A DNA stretch of 64,000 nt, from the IMG/VR virus record IMGVR_UViG_3300025898_000004, positions 30,452-94,451 of that record; one strand, 5' to 3'. The stretch comes from a virus. Its lineage: Duplodnaviria; Heunggongvirae; Uroviricota; Caudoviricetes. Below the pieces are notes generated by a model, which had not been told where the DNA came from, made no database searches, and saw only the letters and a program-made list of their open reading frames with translations. Shown in pieces: positions 45,203 through 55,558 of this stretch (positions are counted from its first letter, which is position 1; every line of letters starts with the position of its first letter). The translations under genes and the position numbers were made by a program.

Positions 45203-46096
45203 TCAGCGAAGCAACGCGGCCAGTCGAGCGCGTTCCCCCTTGACGTCGACACCATCTACGACTGGTGACTTCATCCGCTCCGTGACCGGGCAGTAGGACC
45301 GGAACCGACAGCCGCCGCAGTGCTCGCCCTTCGTCGGCTCCACCCACTTGCGTTCGGCCCGCAACCGGGCCGTTTCCGCGTCATAGGCCAGTTCCTTCGC
45401 CGCGTGCTCGATCGAGTCCGAATGCAGTTCCGTGCTGATCTCGCGGCGCTCCCGGATCGAGTACAGGCCGACCGTGATCCGTTTGACCCACGGCCAGCGG
45501 TGCACGGCCGCCGCCGCGTACGTGCACAGTTGCGTGTTGCGCTGTAGCTCCGTCTCGTTCGTCGGCACCGGCCCCAACTTCCAGTCCCGAATGTGAATGG
45601 ACCTCTTGTCCGCCACGCTGGTGTTGAACACCAGGTCCATCACACCGTGCACGGTGGCCGGCGGCATGTCGTCCTGAGGGAGCAAGCGGAGACTGAACCT
45701 CTCCTCCACCCCGAGGATTTCCCAGGCGCGGGGAACGGTCAGCACGTCCAGCAGTTCCAGCAATAGCCGTTCCGCGTCTTCGCGTTCGTACTCGCGAACA
45801 CCGGTCCCGTTGGCGTCCCAGTAGGCGTTGAACGCCGCCAGGGCCGCCAGTCCGTACGTGTCGGCCATGGTGCGCCCGGTCCACGACGTGTTGGCCTTCG
45901 CCGCCCGGTACGCGGCTTCCAGGCCGGCATGGATGGCGGAGCCGATGAGTTGCTTCACCGGGCGCGCCTGTGCCGGCGTCGCGGCGGCCACGTACCGGAA
46001 CCACCAGGCGCGTGGGCATTCCGCCATGGCGTGCGATTGGGACACCGACCACGACCGGGCCGGAACCCGGCCGTGGTCTGCGCTGACATCAGTCAT
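45203..46096 (-). CDS. Cas4/RecB-family PD-(D/E)XK exonuclease with C-terminal Cys cluster (CGGCRFRSYC)
   Basis: Motifs read directly. Confidence 0.65.
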   Translation of the reverse strand: MTDVSADHGRVPARSWSVSQSHAMAECPRAWWFRYVAAATPAQARPVKQLIGSAIHAGLEAAYRAAKANTSWTGRTMADTYGLAALAAFNAYWDANGTGVREYEREDAERLLLELLDVLTVPRAWEILGVEERFSLRLLPQDDMPPATVHGVMDLVFNTSVADKRSIHIRDWKLGPVPTNETELQRNTQLCTYAAAAVHRWPWVKRITVGLYSIRERREISTELHSDSIEHAAKELAYDAETARLRAERKWVEPTKGEHCGGCRFRSYCPVTERMKSPVVDGVDVKGERARLAALLR

Positions 46097-46619
46097 GCTC
46101 GTAGAACTCCACGTTAAATCCGTCGCGGGTCGCGGTGACGATGGCGTGGTCCCCGAAGCTCTCCCGGATTACGGATTCGAAGTGTCCGGAGTTGCGGTTC
46201 AGCTCCCGGAGCGGTTCCGCGCCGGGGTGTGGGTTCGGGAGGTCCACGTACTTGCACGTGGCGTCGTCCCAGGCGCGGGACAGGTTGTTCGCGTCGCGGA
46301 ACCCGTCGCCATATTCGGTGTCGTCGTCGTCGTAGATGTCTTCGTCCGCGTCGTCTTCCGGGTCGTCCGGGTCCGCCGTGGCGTCCGGCAGACTGGCCGG
46401 CTTGAGGTAGAACTCACCCATGGTGAACTCGCACGGGTCACCGTCGTTGAACGACGGGACCCACTGACGCCACCGGACGGCCGCCACGTCGGGCGCGGTG
46501 AGCACGGCGTCCAGCAGTTCCAGGAACCGGGTACGGTCCCACTGTTCCACGGCGGTGTAGTCGCGGTAACTGAGATCCCCGGTGATGGGACGCCCTTCGA
46601 ACGTGTCCGACTTGGTCAC
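46089..46619 (-). CDS. acidic hypothetical protein (176 aa)
   Basis: ORF track, GTG start. Confidence 0.45.
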   Translation of the reverse strand: MTKSDTFEGRPITGDLSYRDYTAVEQWDRTRFLELLDAVLTAPDVAAVRWRQWVPSFNDGDPCEFTMGEFYLKPASLPDATADPDDPEDDADEDIYDDDDTEYGDGFRDANNLSRAWDDATCKYVDLPNPHPGAEPLRELNRNSGHFESVIRESFGDHAIVTATRDGFNVEFYEHD

Positions 46620-47011
46620 TTCTTGCCTTCCTGAATGGTGACGGTGAGGAAGTCCTCACGGCCGACGTAGCGGGACAGTCGGCCGCCCATCCACGGCTGA
46701 ACGTCCATGCGGGTCAGCCAGTCGGACGGGGACGGAATGTAGCCCAGGTCTTCCACGATGTGCCGTTCCGCGATTTCGCGGGTGGGCACTTCGTAGGTTC
46801 CGGTGCCGTTGCGCTTGACGATGGTGATGGTGGGTCCGAAGATCCTTTCCACCAGGAACACGCCGGCCGTGTGATGGTAGAGGGCACGGTGCCGGACGTC
46901 GCCCATCGCGGCTTTGCTGCCGTCGATGAACTCTTCGATTTTCAGATAGTCATGCGGAGTGCCGCCCCACTTGTGTGAGGCGGACACCGCGTGATGCCAG
47001 CTGTTGCTCAC
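46616..47011 (-). CDS. hypothetical protein (131 aa)
   Basis: ORF track; RBS 'aaggaaaacc'. Confidence 0.45.
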   Translation of the reverse strand: MSNSWHHAVSASHKWGGTPHDYLKIEEFIDGSKAAMGDVRHRALYHHTAGVFLVERIFGPTITIVKRNGTGTYEVPTREIAERHIVEDLGYIPSPSDWLTRMDVQPWMGGRLSRYVGREDFLTVTIQEGKK

Positions 47012-47019
47012 GGTTTTCC

Positions 47020-47403
47020 TTACTGGTTGTAGTCCGGCTGTGCTCGAACGAATGTGGCGTATTCGCGGGTGAGTCCGGCTTCAACCACGATGTCGTCGAA
47101 TTCCAGCCGTGCCACTGCCAGATCCCATACTTCATTTGAGGTGACGGGATCCGGGAGAACGGCGGGGCTGATCCGGTTCTCCCTTTCGTAAAGGCGGTTG
47201 AACAGTTCGAGCCGAATTGGGATCATCCGGTGCCCGCGCTGGTGCCATTCTTCCGTGAGGAGTCGGCCCAGGACCTTCACTGCCGGACCCGTCAGGTCGG
47301 TCTCCGCGTAGTCCATGAATTCCGCGTTCAGGATGTCGTCCACCCGGTAACGGAAAACGAACTCGGGGGAGTCGATGACGGTTTCGACGGTGGCGGTCAT
47401 CGG
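47020..47403 (-). CDS. hypothetical protein (127 aa)
   Basis: ATG 47403 with RBS 'caccaaaggaggcacccg'. Confidence 0.5.
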   Translation of the reverse strand, partial: PMTATVETVIDSPEFVFRYRVDDILNAEFMDYAETDLTGPAVKVLGRLLTEEWHQRGHRMIPIRLELFNRLYERENRISPAVLPDPVTSNEVWDLAVARLEFDDIVVEAGLTREYATFVRAQPDYNQ

Positions 47404-47460
47404 GTGCCTCCTTTGGTGCGTTCCTGACAACAAGAAGATTACCCGACTCACTTCGGCTTG

Positions 47461-47712
47461 TCAACCCTTTGAACTGACGAGTTGACGATACCGCGCCACC
47501 ATCACCACCGTACGAATGTCCCGCGCCTGCTCCCGGCCGGCACGCTCCAATGCGTCCAGCCACACCATGAACTCCGCGTGCGTGATCCTGTCCTCAGCGT
47601 GACGACGCTCCCGCACGTACCAACGCACGTACGGGAGCGTCACCAGCATCACGCCCAAGACGGACAGCGTGATGTCCGTCGTCACTTCTCGCCCTTCTCC
47701 TTCGGAGTCCAC
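47461..47712 (-). CDS. small membrane protein (83 aa)
   Basis: ORF track. Confidence 0.35.
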   Translation of the reverse strand: MDSEGEGREVTTDITLSVLGVMLVTLPYVRWYVRERRHAEDRITHAEFMVWLDALERAGREQARDIRTVVMVARYRQLVSSKG

Positions 47713-48657
47713 ACGAAACGCTCACCCTCGCCCGGCTTCTCCAGGAGAATCCGGGGAGACAGCGCGATCACACTGCCGGCCTTGATCGGCGTGCGCGGAA
47801 GCTGAAGCTTCAGGTTCGCCTTGCGCTCCACCCACAGGTTCCACGCGTTCGACACGTGGTACAGCTGATCGTCCGCCTTCTCCCGGATCGATTCCCGCTT
47901 CTGCCGCACGAGCTTGTTGCGCAGCGACAGAATCGGGTTGCCGGCACTCATGTCCTCCCCCGTGCGGAGGTAGAACAGGAACTTGTCTGCCCAGTGCACG
48001 TCAATCCGCGCGGCCCGGAAGTGGACGGCCGCCGCCACCGATGGCTTGACGCCCGACGCGTTGAACACGGCGAACGCCAGGCCGGCGGAACGCTCAATCG
48101 CGTCCTTGTGCGCCCGGCACCAGCGAGTGACCTCCGGGCGGGCCGGGGCGTACAGGTCTGACGCCAGCGCCCACGTCTCCATGTTGGGATCGTCGCTGTA
48201 GCCCCACCGCATGAGCAGACGCGCCGCTGGGGCCGCCGCCACGGCGTGCTTGATATCCGCCATGGCAACCTGCTGGGTGGCCTTGCGGGTGGAGTTGGTG
48301 TCCATCACGTCCTGGGTCTCAGGCTCCAAACCCAGGATGATGTCCACCACAAGCGGCACACCGCACAACTCAACAGCCCTCAGGCGATGCTGGCCGTCCA
48401 GAAGACGGCCGTTCTTGTCGACCCGGATCGGGTCACCGACGTAGGGCCAGCCGCCTTCGGTCTCCATCATGCGGGCATAGGACACGGCCAACGTCTGACT
48501 CAGCCGCCGGTTGTTCTCGTTGGCGTTGAGGAGCCGTGTGGCTGTTTCCGCGTCGATGGTGACGGTGTAGCGCTCCACTCCCGGCGGCAGGGAAGCGAAC
48601 TTGAGCCCGAACTCCCCAAGCATGTCGGTTGCGGTCCGGTTGGCAATCATGGTCACT
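47682..48657 (-). CDS. ParB/Srx-like N-terminal domain protein ('DGQHRLRAV')
   Basis: Motif read directly; start GTG 48657 or ATG 48651 after 'caccaaggag'. Confidence 0.65.
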
Positions 48658-48678
48658 GACGATACTCCTTGGTGTGTT

Positions 48679-49035
48679 TCACTGAACGATATCCAGAATC
48701 CCGTTCTCATTGGTGATCCGTGGATCACCCAACTCGATGGCGCGACGCAGGTTCATCGCGAGTGTGGTCCGTTGGATTCCCAGCGTCTGGGCGATGTCCT
48801 CTTGGCTGATCTGCGGATCCGCTGTGCGTGCGGCCACGAACGCGGCCACGATCTCCTCCCGGTTGTTCTGGAGGAGTGGGTAAATGCCCAGCTCACCCCG
48901 GTTGCGTACGCCGTAGTAGCAGCCGGAGCACAGGCCCCGGGAAACGTGCTTCCGTTCGCCGGCCTCCGCGTTCCTGCTGCCCGTCATGGGCTTCCCGCAG
49001 CGCCGGCACAGCCTTGCGGCCTGGTTGTCGGCCAT
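48679..49035 (-). CDS. zinc-ribbon + HTH DNA-binding protein (118 aa)
   Basis: CxxC...CxxC N-terminus, HTH-like C-terminus. Confidence 0.45.
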   Translation of the reverse strand: MADNQAARLCRRCGKPMTGSRNAEAGERKHVSRGLCSGCYYGVRNRGELGIYPLLQNNREEIVAAFVAARTADPQISQEDIAQTLGIQRTTLAMNLRRAIELGDPRITNENGILDIVQ

Positions 49036-49139
49036 CGCGCTTAACTCCTTTCGTCAGCAACGCTAGTCAGCGTTGCTTGGTTTGTCAAGTGTTGGGCTGG
49101 AAGGTGAGAGAGAAGCCGCCACGCGGGCGGCTTCACACA

Positions 49140-49298
49140 TCACCGACTAGACGGCGACGTCGTCACGCACTGTGGGGCCGTCACCGCTGGGGCGTTCGCG
49201 CCCAGGCCCAACAGGTATGCCACCGCCAGCGCCACGGCGACACCCCCGATCCACCGAAGCGGATGAAACGCGGTTGTGTTGTTAATCATGCTCGGCAC
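49140..49298 (-). CDS. small membrane protein (about 52 aa)
   Basis: GTG after 'ccccaaggag'; hydrophobic. Confidence 0.3.
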   Translation of the reverse strand: MPSMINNTTAFHPLRWIGGVAVALAVAYLLGLGANAPAVTAPQCVTTSPSSR

Positions 49299-50022
49299 GG
49301 CTGAACTCCTTGGGGACTCGTTTCGTACGCCCCTTCGGGACGTCATCCCTCATATCATCAGGGACAAACTCCCCTCCCGGGAAGTCCGGTTCATCCGGCC
49401 ACACCCTTCCATCAGCGTCCCCCACGCACAGCCGACACCTTTTGTCGCTGCTCACCCACCGGCCAGGCCACACATACATCCCACAGCCAGCGCACAAACA
49501 CCACTCCGTCACCTGGTCCAACGTGGTAAACCAGGGCCGCCCGGGCTCCACACCCCACCCCCACGACATCGTCACCATGCCATCTGGGTCGAACAGCGCC
49601 GCGCCAACCGCCCGCGCGCCGGCCGTGGTGATCGGCAACCCCACCGCCGTCAACAACTCCCACCGCCGCACCACTGCTGTACCGTGCCCCGCGTTGCCGC
49701 CACACGGCACCGCCACCTGACCCACATAGGTGTCCGCCAACGCCAACCACGCGTCATGCCGGATGTAGCCTGGGAATCGAGCCGGCACAAACAGCGGGGC
49801 GGTTACCGATCCGCCGGCTCGTCGGGCGTACGCCCCGCGTCGAACCGAGCTAGTTTCCACAACCGCCGGTGCCCGGCCGATCAAGGCCGGGCACCTCTTC
49901 GCCAGGGCGGCCGCGCATTCCGCGTGTACGCACGCGTAGAAATCCGTACCACACCACCATGTGTCTGTACGCAGAGAGCACATGGCGCACGTGCCCGCGT
50001 AACCATTCACAACCGTGATCAC
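49282..50022 (-). CDS. Cys-rich hypothetical protein (246 aa)
   Basis: ORF track. Confidence 0.45.
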   Translation of the reverse strand: MITVVNGYAGTCAMCSLRTDTWWCGTDFYACVHAECAAALAKRCPALIGRAPAVVETSSVRRGAYARRAGGSVTAPLFVPARFPGYIRHDAWLALADTYVGQVAVPCGGNAGHGTAVVRRWELLTAVGLPITTAGARAVGAALFDPDGMVTMSWGWGVEPGRPWFTTLDQVTEWCLCAGCGMYVWPGRWVSSDKRCRLCVGDADGRVWPDEPDFPGGEFVPDDMRDDVPKGRTKRVPKEFSRAEHD

Positions 50023-52172
50023 GCCATGCCTCCCTTGATCGCACGGAGCCGCCGTTCCTCGCTGGACGTCATGCGGTCCTGTGCCGCTTCCAGCACCGCG
50101 CCCCAGTCATCCATCGTGAACTGGGACTCCTCGATTTCGAACCAGTTCGTCCGGCGACGAACCACGCCGTCCGGCCCGGCCAGTCGGGGCCGGACCTCTT
50201 TCATGTGCAAATAGTCGACCAGGTTGCGGGCCGCGCGGCCCGCGTACTGCCGGCCGCCTGGCTGTGCGGACACGTACTCCGCGAACGAGCTGAACAGGAT
50301 CAACACGCGGGGGGTCGCGCCGTTGGCTCCCCAGTTCCCGGTGTCGATCATGTAGGCGCGTTTCAGCTCCACAGCCTCCGCCTCGATCGTGGTCGCCGCG
50401 TGCACGATCAGATAATCTCGAAGCCATTCCTTGACCGCCGTCGCCAAGTCCGATCCGCTGGAATCCCGCTCCCAGTGGCTCGTCAACTCGGAAATAACGG
50501 CTTCCCACTCCTCCTTGTTCTTTCCCACGGTTCGCGATGGAATCATCGCGTCCCGTTCAAGAGTGGTGCGGAATCCCTTTGGAATCTCGAAAATGTCCTT
50601 GCGGTACCATTCGGCTTTCAACGGCTTGCCCGGTCGATACAGCGCCGGACCCGAACCAGCCCAGCGGAAACCGTCCGGAATCTGGAAGATCAGCCGTCCT
50701 TTCTGGTTCTCGCCGTAGTCGCGGTGCTCCATTCCGATCGTGGACACTCCCGCTTCCCGGAACTTCTTGGGAATCAGAAGCTGATTCAGCACGTCCAGCA
50801 CGGGCGAGCCTTGCGCGATAGTCTCAGGTTCCCCCGGCTCCGGCGTGGTGTCGGCGGCCGGGGGCCCTGGCTCCCGGACGACGGTCAACGCGGCTGGTGT
50901 CGCCGGTTCGGGAACGTTCACGGGTGTGGCTGGCTCCGGCGTCGACTCGACCACCACAGGCATGTCCCGGATGGCCTGCATCTTGCCGGCCAGCTCGTTC
51001 CGCTCCGCGTTCGCGGCCTTCGCCATCGCGGTCACGTTCAGCACGGTCCGCACCACGTAGTCAGTCCGCTTGGCCGGGTCCACCTTGTCGGTGTCCCGGT
51101 TGAGCAGCCGCCGGCACATGATCGCTTCGGCCAGCACCTCCGGCGACGCCCCGCCGTCGCACAACAGGCGCGTCAACGCGGCGTCGTACGCGGACTGATC
51201 ACCGCCCAGGTCCGGCCGCCGCCCGTGCCAGGTGTCCTCTACCTTGTCGAACCCCGATTCGATCATCAGCGCGACCAGGGGCGGCATGTAGCCACGTTCC
51301 CGGGACGCGGCCGACGACGCCCGCCGCCACACCGCCGCGAGGTCCACGCCCGCCAGACTGCCGGCGTCCGCACCGCTGACCGCCTTCACGGCCGTGAGCG
51401 TCTTCAGCGCCTCATCGGAGGCCAGGAACTCCCGGAAGTCATCCGGGTCGTAGGCCCATCCGTTCCACTCCAACACGGTGACAGGTCGGTGCCCGTCAGC
51501 CGGGCCGCCGTGCTGGCCGTCTGGTCCCTTGGTGTTGATCGAACCGGGTGCGCGCATGAGGCGGGTCAGGTCGTGCACGGAATCCACGCCCGCGTCCCAG
51601 CCGCCCGTCTCGCGGGCGCGGAGCTTGAGCGTGAGGTTCCAGTCCCGGGCGAGTTGAGCGATGCTCGTTTTCTCGTCCTCGGATTCGAAGATGATCGGTT
51701 CCGAGAACGCCCACCACGCCTGAACGCCGTTGCCGGTGTGCACGATCAGCGTGGGCGGCACGCCGCAGGCTTCAAGAATCCTCTTGGCGGATTCCAGATC
51801 CGGCGGCAAACCGTTCTTCTTGTGACCGTGCCCCGCAATGTCGATATCGGCCCAGAGGCCCGGGATACCAGCAATATCCCGCGCTTCCGCGCGCTGCCCC
51901 TTGTTGGCTTCCTCCTTGCGCTTCGCGATTTCGTTAGGCACGAAACCGAGTCCGATATACACCGCGTGCACGGCGCTTGGTTGGCGGCTAGTCAGCTCGT
52001 AGACAGCTGACGCGATGGCTTCCGGGACCTCCGCCGGAATCCATCGCGTCACCTTGTCAGGAAGAGAGAAGACGGATACCGAGTATCCCGCCAACCGGTC
52101 ATCCCCGGTTCCGTCTCCACCGCCGAGAAGCGCCGAGCAGAACGCGTTAATGTCCTGCCCGGCATTGCTCAC
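50019..52172 (-). CDS. bifunctional primase-polymerase (AEP/PrimPol N-terminal domain: 'GLWADIDIAGHGHK', 'HTGNGVQAWW') with large C-terminal domain
   Basis: Motifs read directly; 717 aa. Confidence 0.75.
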   Translation of the reverse strand: MSNAGQDINAFCSALLGGGDGTGDDRLAGYSVSVFSLPDKVTRWIPAEVPEAIASAVYELTSRQPSAVHAVYIGLGFVPNEIAKRKEEANKGQRAEARDIAGIPGLWADIDIAGHGHKKNGLPPDLESAKRILEACGVPPTLIVHTGNGVQAWWAFSEPIIFESEDEKTSIAQLARDWNLTLKLRARETGGWDAGVDSVHDLTRLMRAPGSINTKGPDGQHGGPADGHRPVTVLEWNGWAYDPDDFREFLASDEALKTLTAVKAVSGADAGSLAGVDLAAVWRRASSAASRERGYMPPLVALMIESGFDKVEDTWHGRRPDLGGDQSAYDAALTRLLCDGGASPEVLAEAIMCRRLLNRDTDKVDPAKRTDYVVRTVLNVTAMAKAANAERNELAGKMQAIRDMPVVVESTPEPATPVNVPEPATPAALTVVREPGPPAADTTPEPGEPETIAQGSPVLDVLNQLLIPKKFREAGVSTIGMEHRDYGENQKGRLIFQIPDGFRWAGSGPALYRPGKPLKAEWYRKDIFEIPKGFRTTLERDAMIPSRTVGKNKEEWEAVISELTSHWERDSSGSDLATAVKEWLRDYLIVHAATTIEAEAVELKRAYMIDTGNWGANGATPRVLILFSSFAEYVSAQPGGRQYAGRAARNLVDYLHMKEVRPRLAGPDGVVRRRTNWFEIEESQFTMDDWGAVLEAAQDRMTSSEERRLRAIKGGMA

Positions 52173-52981
52173 AGGTCCATGTCCTCCAGGCTCACGCCCC
52201 CGCTGTCAGCGGGGCTTTCGACGAACATGGTCGCCGGGGTGGCGGCCACCCATTCCTTGACCATTTCCTTGTACTGCTTGGCCGCTTCGGTCTCCGCGTC
52301 GGACAGAGTGCGGATGACGCGGAGCTTCAATTCCGCGTACGCCTGGCCGTCCTTGGACTTGGCCTCAACCAGGCCCAAGCCGACCTCAACGCCCCAGTAG
52401 CCGACCATATCGGTCATGAGACCCACGGCCCATTCCTTGAACGCCTTGAGCGACGCCGGAGGCACGGTGACCACGACGGGCAGCATCGCGCCTTCGGTGA
52501 GCAGGAACAGCAGCTTCCGTTCCTTGCACGCCTGGCCCGCGCGACCCTTGAGGTCGGATCCCCACTGCGCCATCGGGCAGTTGCGGCACGTGCCGGTGGG
52601 GTTGTCCTCCGCGCGTGCCCCGCCGGGGGCGTACAGGCCTCCGGGAAGCGGCTTCTTGCCGTCCATGCTCATGCACTCAGGCGCGTTGTTCTTCGGCTCC
52701 GGGTCCGTCCAGAACACCCGCTGAGGGTTCTGGAGAACGAGGATGCCGGTCAGCTCGTTGACCAGGGTCTTGTTGCCGCCCTTGGTGACGATCCAGGACG
52801 TTTCGCCGCCGGTCGGGAACTTGATATGAACCAGGTCCCGGATGCCGGGTTCGGCGTCGTCGAAAGTTTCGGCCATCAGCTCGGACATGGTGTCGTCCGG
52901 CACGAGCGCCCGATACTTCTTGCGGAACTCGTCGGAGACGTCCAGCTCTCCGGTGCCCTTCTTCACGATCTCAGTGGCCAT
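52169..52981 (-). CDS. hypothetical protein with CxxC...C zinc motif (270 aa), replication-module associated
   Basis: ORF track. Confidence 0.5.
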   Translation of the reverse strand: MATEIVKKGTGELDVSDEFRKKYRALVPDDTMSELMAETFDDAEPGIRDLVHIKFPTGGETSWIVTKGGNKTLVNELTGILVLQNPQRVFWTDPEPKNNAPECMSMDGKKPLPGGLYAPGGARAEDNPTGTCRNCPMAQWGSDLKGRAGQACKERKLLFLLTEGAMLPVVVTVPPASLKAFKEWAVGLMTDMVGYWGVEVGLGLVEAKSKDGQAYAELKLRVIRTLSDAETEAAKQYKEMVKEWVAATPATMFVESPADSGGVSLEDMDL

Positions 52982-53117
52982 GTGGGTCTTGTTCCTTGTC
53001 TCATGATGGGTGATGGAAATCCCGTTACAGAACGGGATGTTTGAGCGCTGTCCCGCGAGGGTACAGCCGCCCGCCGGGACTGTTGAGCGTTACCGCCGAG
53101 TACCCGGGGAACTGTGA

Positions 53118-53753
53118 TCAGGAGCTGACTGTGATCACCCGTGAGCCGGAGTCGCGGAGCCGGATTTCCGTGCTGGGAACCAGCTTCACGACGGCTGCCA
53201 GGGCGGCCGGTGGTTCGTCTCCGTGTTCGCGCAACTCCTTCAGGTACGCGGTCAGTGACGATCCGGAATAGGTCGGCTTCACCATGTAGTCAAGTCCGGA
53301 GGCTTCCATGGCCGCGCGGATGTCGTCTGTGGTGACGCCGTCCAGCTTCTCGACGTGGTAGACGGGATACAGGTACGCCGTCTTGCCGTCGATGCCGGCG
53401 GAGTTGATGTTGTCTTCCGCCCATTCCAGCCGGATCCGCTCGTCCAGTTCCTTGATCTCCGCCTTGTATGTCTTGATGTCAGCCTCAGCTGTCTTGAGCA
53501 TGGACTTCAGGAAGATTAGACGGCGGAGCATTCCGTTCACGGACTCGTCGTCCGGGGAGGGGATCGAGGACTGTGCGCGGTAGGGCGACGTGAAAGGCGG
53601 TTGCGGGGTTGTCGGGGGCTGCCCTGTCGCTTCCGCGTGCCACTCCTCTTCGTGAGTGGGGTCCATCGTGGCCGCGCTGAGGGTTTTCCAGCCGCTGTCA
53701 GGCCGGTAGCTGTACCGACCGTTGCCTTGGTCAACCCAGCTAGCTTCTCCCAT
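53118..53753 (-). CDS. hypothetical protein with Pro-rich segment and coiled coil (211 aa)
   Basis: ATG 53753 with RBS 'caccaaggaggacaccct'. Confidence 0.5.
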   Translation of the reverse strand: MGEASWVDQGNGRYSYRPDSGWKTLSAATMDPTHEEEWHAEATGQPPTTPQPPFTSPYRAQSSIPSPDDESVNGMLRRLIFLKSMLKTAEADIKTYKAEIKELDERIRLEWAEDNINSAGIDGKTAYLYPVYHVEKLDGVTTDDIRAAMEASGLDYMVKPTYSGSSLTAYLKELREHGDEPPAALAAVVKLVPSTEIRLRDSGSRVITVSS

Positions 53754-53784
53754 AGGGTGTCCTCCTTGGTGATCAACTATGGTC

Positions 53785-53813
53785 AAGACTAGTCGACTCT
53801 TCTCGGGTTGTCA
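53785..53813 (-). promoter_or_regulatory. promoter (TTGACA-17-TAGTCT) flanked by a 10-bp inverted repeat tcaagactag/ctagtcttga (53782-53791 / 53819-53828)
   Basis: Seen directly. Confidence 0.5.
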
Positions 53814-53895
53814 ACTCTTCTAGTCTTGAGTTTTCCTCAGAAACACGCGTGGCCCGTGCCCCTCGGGGTAGGGCACGGGCCACGCAACAGCGACG

Positions 53896-54789
53896 CTACT
53901 TGTTCGAGCCGGACACACTCAAGAGCATGTTCGACCCCGAACCGGTGCACGAAAAGCCCACCGTCTTGATATCCTGCGCCACCTTCAAACAATCCTCAAA
54001 CATGATCCCAGCCGACAACGACGCGTTCAGCGCGTTGTTCGCCGCCGCCAGAGCCTGGTTCTTCGCCAAGGTCTGTTGCGCCACCTGCGTTTCCACCTGG
54101 GCGTTGCGGAGCTTGTCCAGGTTCGCCTGCGCGCTGTCGGACAGGTGAATCTGGCCAGGCGCGACCGACACCACTTCCAGGCCGGACGCGTTGATCTTGG
54201 CCTTCAGCGACGCCGTGATGCCGTCGGTGATGGCCGCCTGCCTGGATCCGTTGATCACGTCCAAGGACGTGAACTCCCCGTACACCTCACGGGCCGCGTT
54301 GTCCGTCAACGGCCGCAACAGGTTGTCCCGGGCGGCATCCAACGAGGTGTAGTTGCGCCACAGCTTCACCGCGTTCTCCGACGACACCCGGTAGGACACC
54401 GTGATGTCGGCACAGGCGGACGCGTTGTCCTTGAAGTTGACCTTCACACAGTCCGCGCCGGGCGTGTCGCCCTTGTCGCCGGCCAGCCGGGACGTGGTCT
54501 GAACCTTCGTGTCGATCACGGACGCGGTCGCCCATGGCGCGGTCCAGTTCCAGCCCGGGCCGGCCGGGTCGCCCACCGGCTTCCCGAACTCCTGAATGAT
54601 GGCCACCGTGTTGGCGTCCACACTGACGTGGGAATCCAGCACGATAGCGGCGGTACCCAGAAGGCCCGCGACCACGGCGACGATGATGCCGCCGCCCAAA
54701 CGGTCTTCGTTCCCGCCACTGGTCGCCGCGACCAAGACACCAATAACAGCGACCAGCCCCAACAGGCAGCCGACAATAAAAACGCCCAT
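53896..54789 (-). CDS. SPFH/band-7 (stomatin/prohibitin-like) membrane protein
   Basis: N-terminal TM helices plus Ala/Gln-rich coiled C-terminus typical of the family; ATG 54789 with RBS 'aaccaaggagtgtggttt'. Confidence 0.55.
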   Translation of the reverse strand: MGVFIVGCLLGLVAVIGVLVAATSGGNEDRLGGGIIVAVVAGLLGTAAIVLDSHVSVDANTVAIIQEFGKPVGDPAGPGWNWTAPWATASVIDTKVQTTSRLAGDKGDTPGADCVKVNFKDNASACADITVSYRVSSENAVKLWRNYTSLDAARDNLLRPLTDNAAREVYGEFTSLDVINGSRQAAITDGITASLKAKINASGLEVVSVAPGQIHLSDSAQANLDKLRNAQVETQVAQQTLAKNQALAAANNALNASLSAGIMFEDCLKVAQDIKTVGFSCTGSGSNMLLSVSGSNK

Positions 54790-54816
54790 AAACCACACTC
54801 CTTGGTGTATTCGATT

Positions 54817-55557
54817 TCACTGCGCCGGGATCATGGGCCAGTTCTTCGCATTGACCTTCAGATTCCCGATCATCCCCAGCACCTTCTCTTCCTCCTCCGC
54901 GCTCAACTCGTGCGCGGATTTAGCAAGGTACGTGGCGAAATTCATGGACCAGTTGTGATACCAGGTCTTTTCGTGCTGGTGAAGCTTGTCCAGTGACGCA
55001 TTACCAATCACCGGATATTTCTTCGCGATCACCCGGAGAACCATCAGGGTCGCCCGCACGTCCGCTTCGGACGCGTGCGCCTCCGTCAAGTCCATTCCGC
55101 AGTAGTGCCGGAACAGGTCCGTCAGCGTGCGCTTGCCGCGCCGGTACCTGTCCACCGCCCGGTCGATTGTCAGGGGGCACAGCACGGGCCCGCGAATCTC
55201 CAGACCCCCGAACCCGTGCCGGGCCAATTCCCTGTCCAACATGGTGAGGTCGAACGGGGCGTTATAGATCACGAGCGGGACGTTCGGCCCCCAGTGCGCC
55301 GCGATCGTGTCCCAGATGTCCCACACGGCCACGGTGGGCCGTTGCCCGTGCTCGCGCACGTGCTCTGTGGTGACGCCGTGGATCCGGGACGCGGATTCGG
55401 GGATCTCGATCCCTGGGTCGATCGTCCAGTTGGACACCCGCAGGTCGAAACCTGGCATGTCCACGATCACGGTTCCGGTCACAATCCGATCGTTTTCGGG
55501 GTCGACACCGGTTGTTTCGACGTCGAAACCAATCAGCGGGCCGTCGGTCCAGCTCAC
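54817..55557 (-). CDS. DnaQ-like DEDDh 3'-5' exonuclease (Exo I motif 'IGFDVETTG')
   Basis: Motif read directly. Confidence 0.8.
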   Translation of the reverse strand: MSWTDGPLIGFDVETTGVDPENDRIVTGTVIVDMPGFDLRVSNWTIDPGIEIPESASRIHGVTTEHVREHGQRPTVAVWDIWDTIAAHWGPNVPLVIYNAPFDLTMLDRELARHGFGGLEIRGPVLCPLTIDRAVDRYRRGKRTLTDLFRHYCGMDLTEAHASEADVRATLMVLRVIAKKYPVIGNASLDKLHQHEKTWYHNWSMNFATYLAKSAHELSAEEEEKVLGMIGNLKVNAKNWPMIPAQ

Positions 55558-55558
55558 A

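Noticed and set aside
53849-54148. 99-aa plus-strand ORF
   Set aside because: Starts in the promoter or intergenic region and runs antisense into the SPFH gene.
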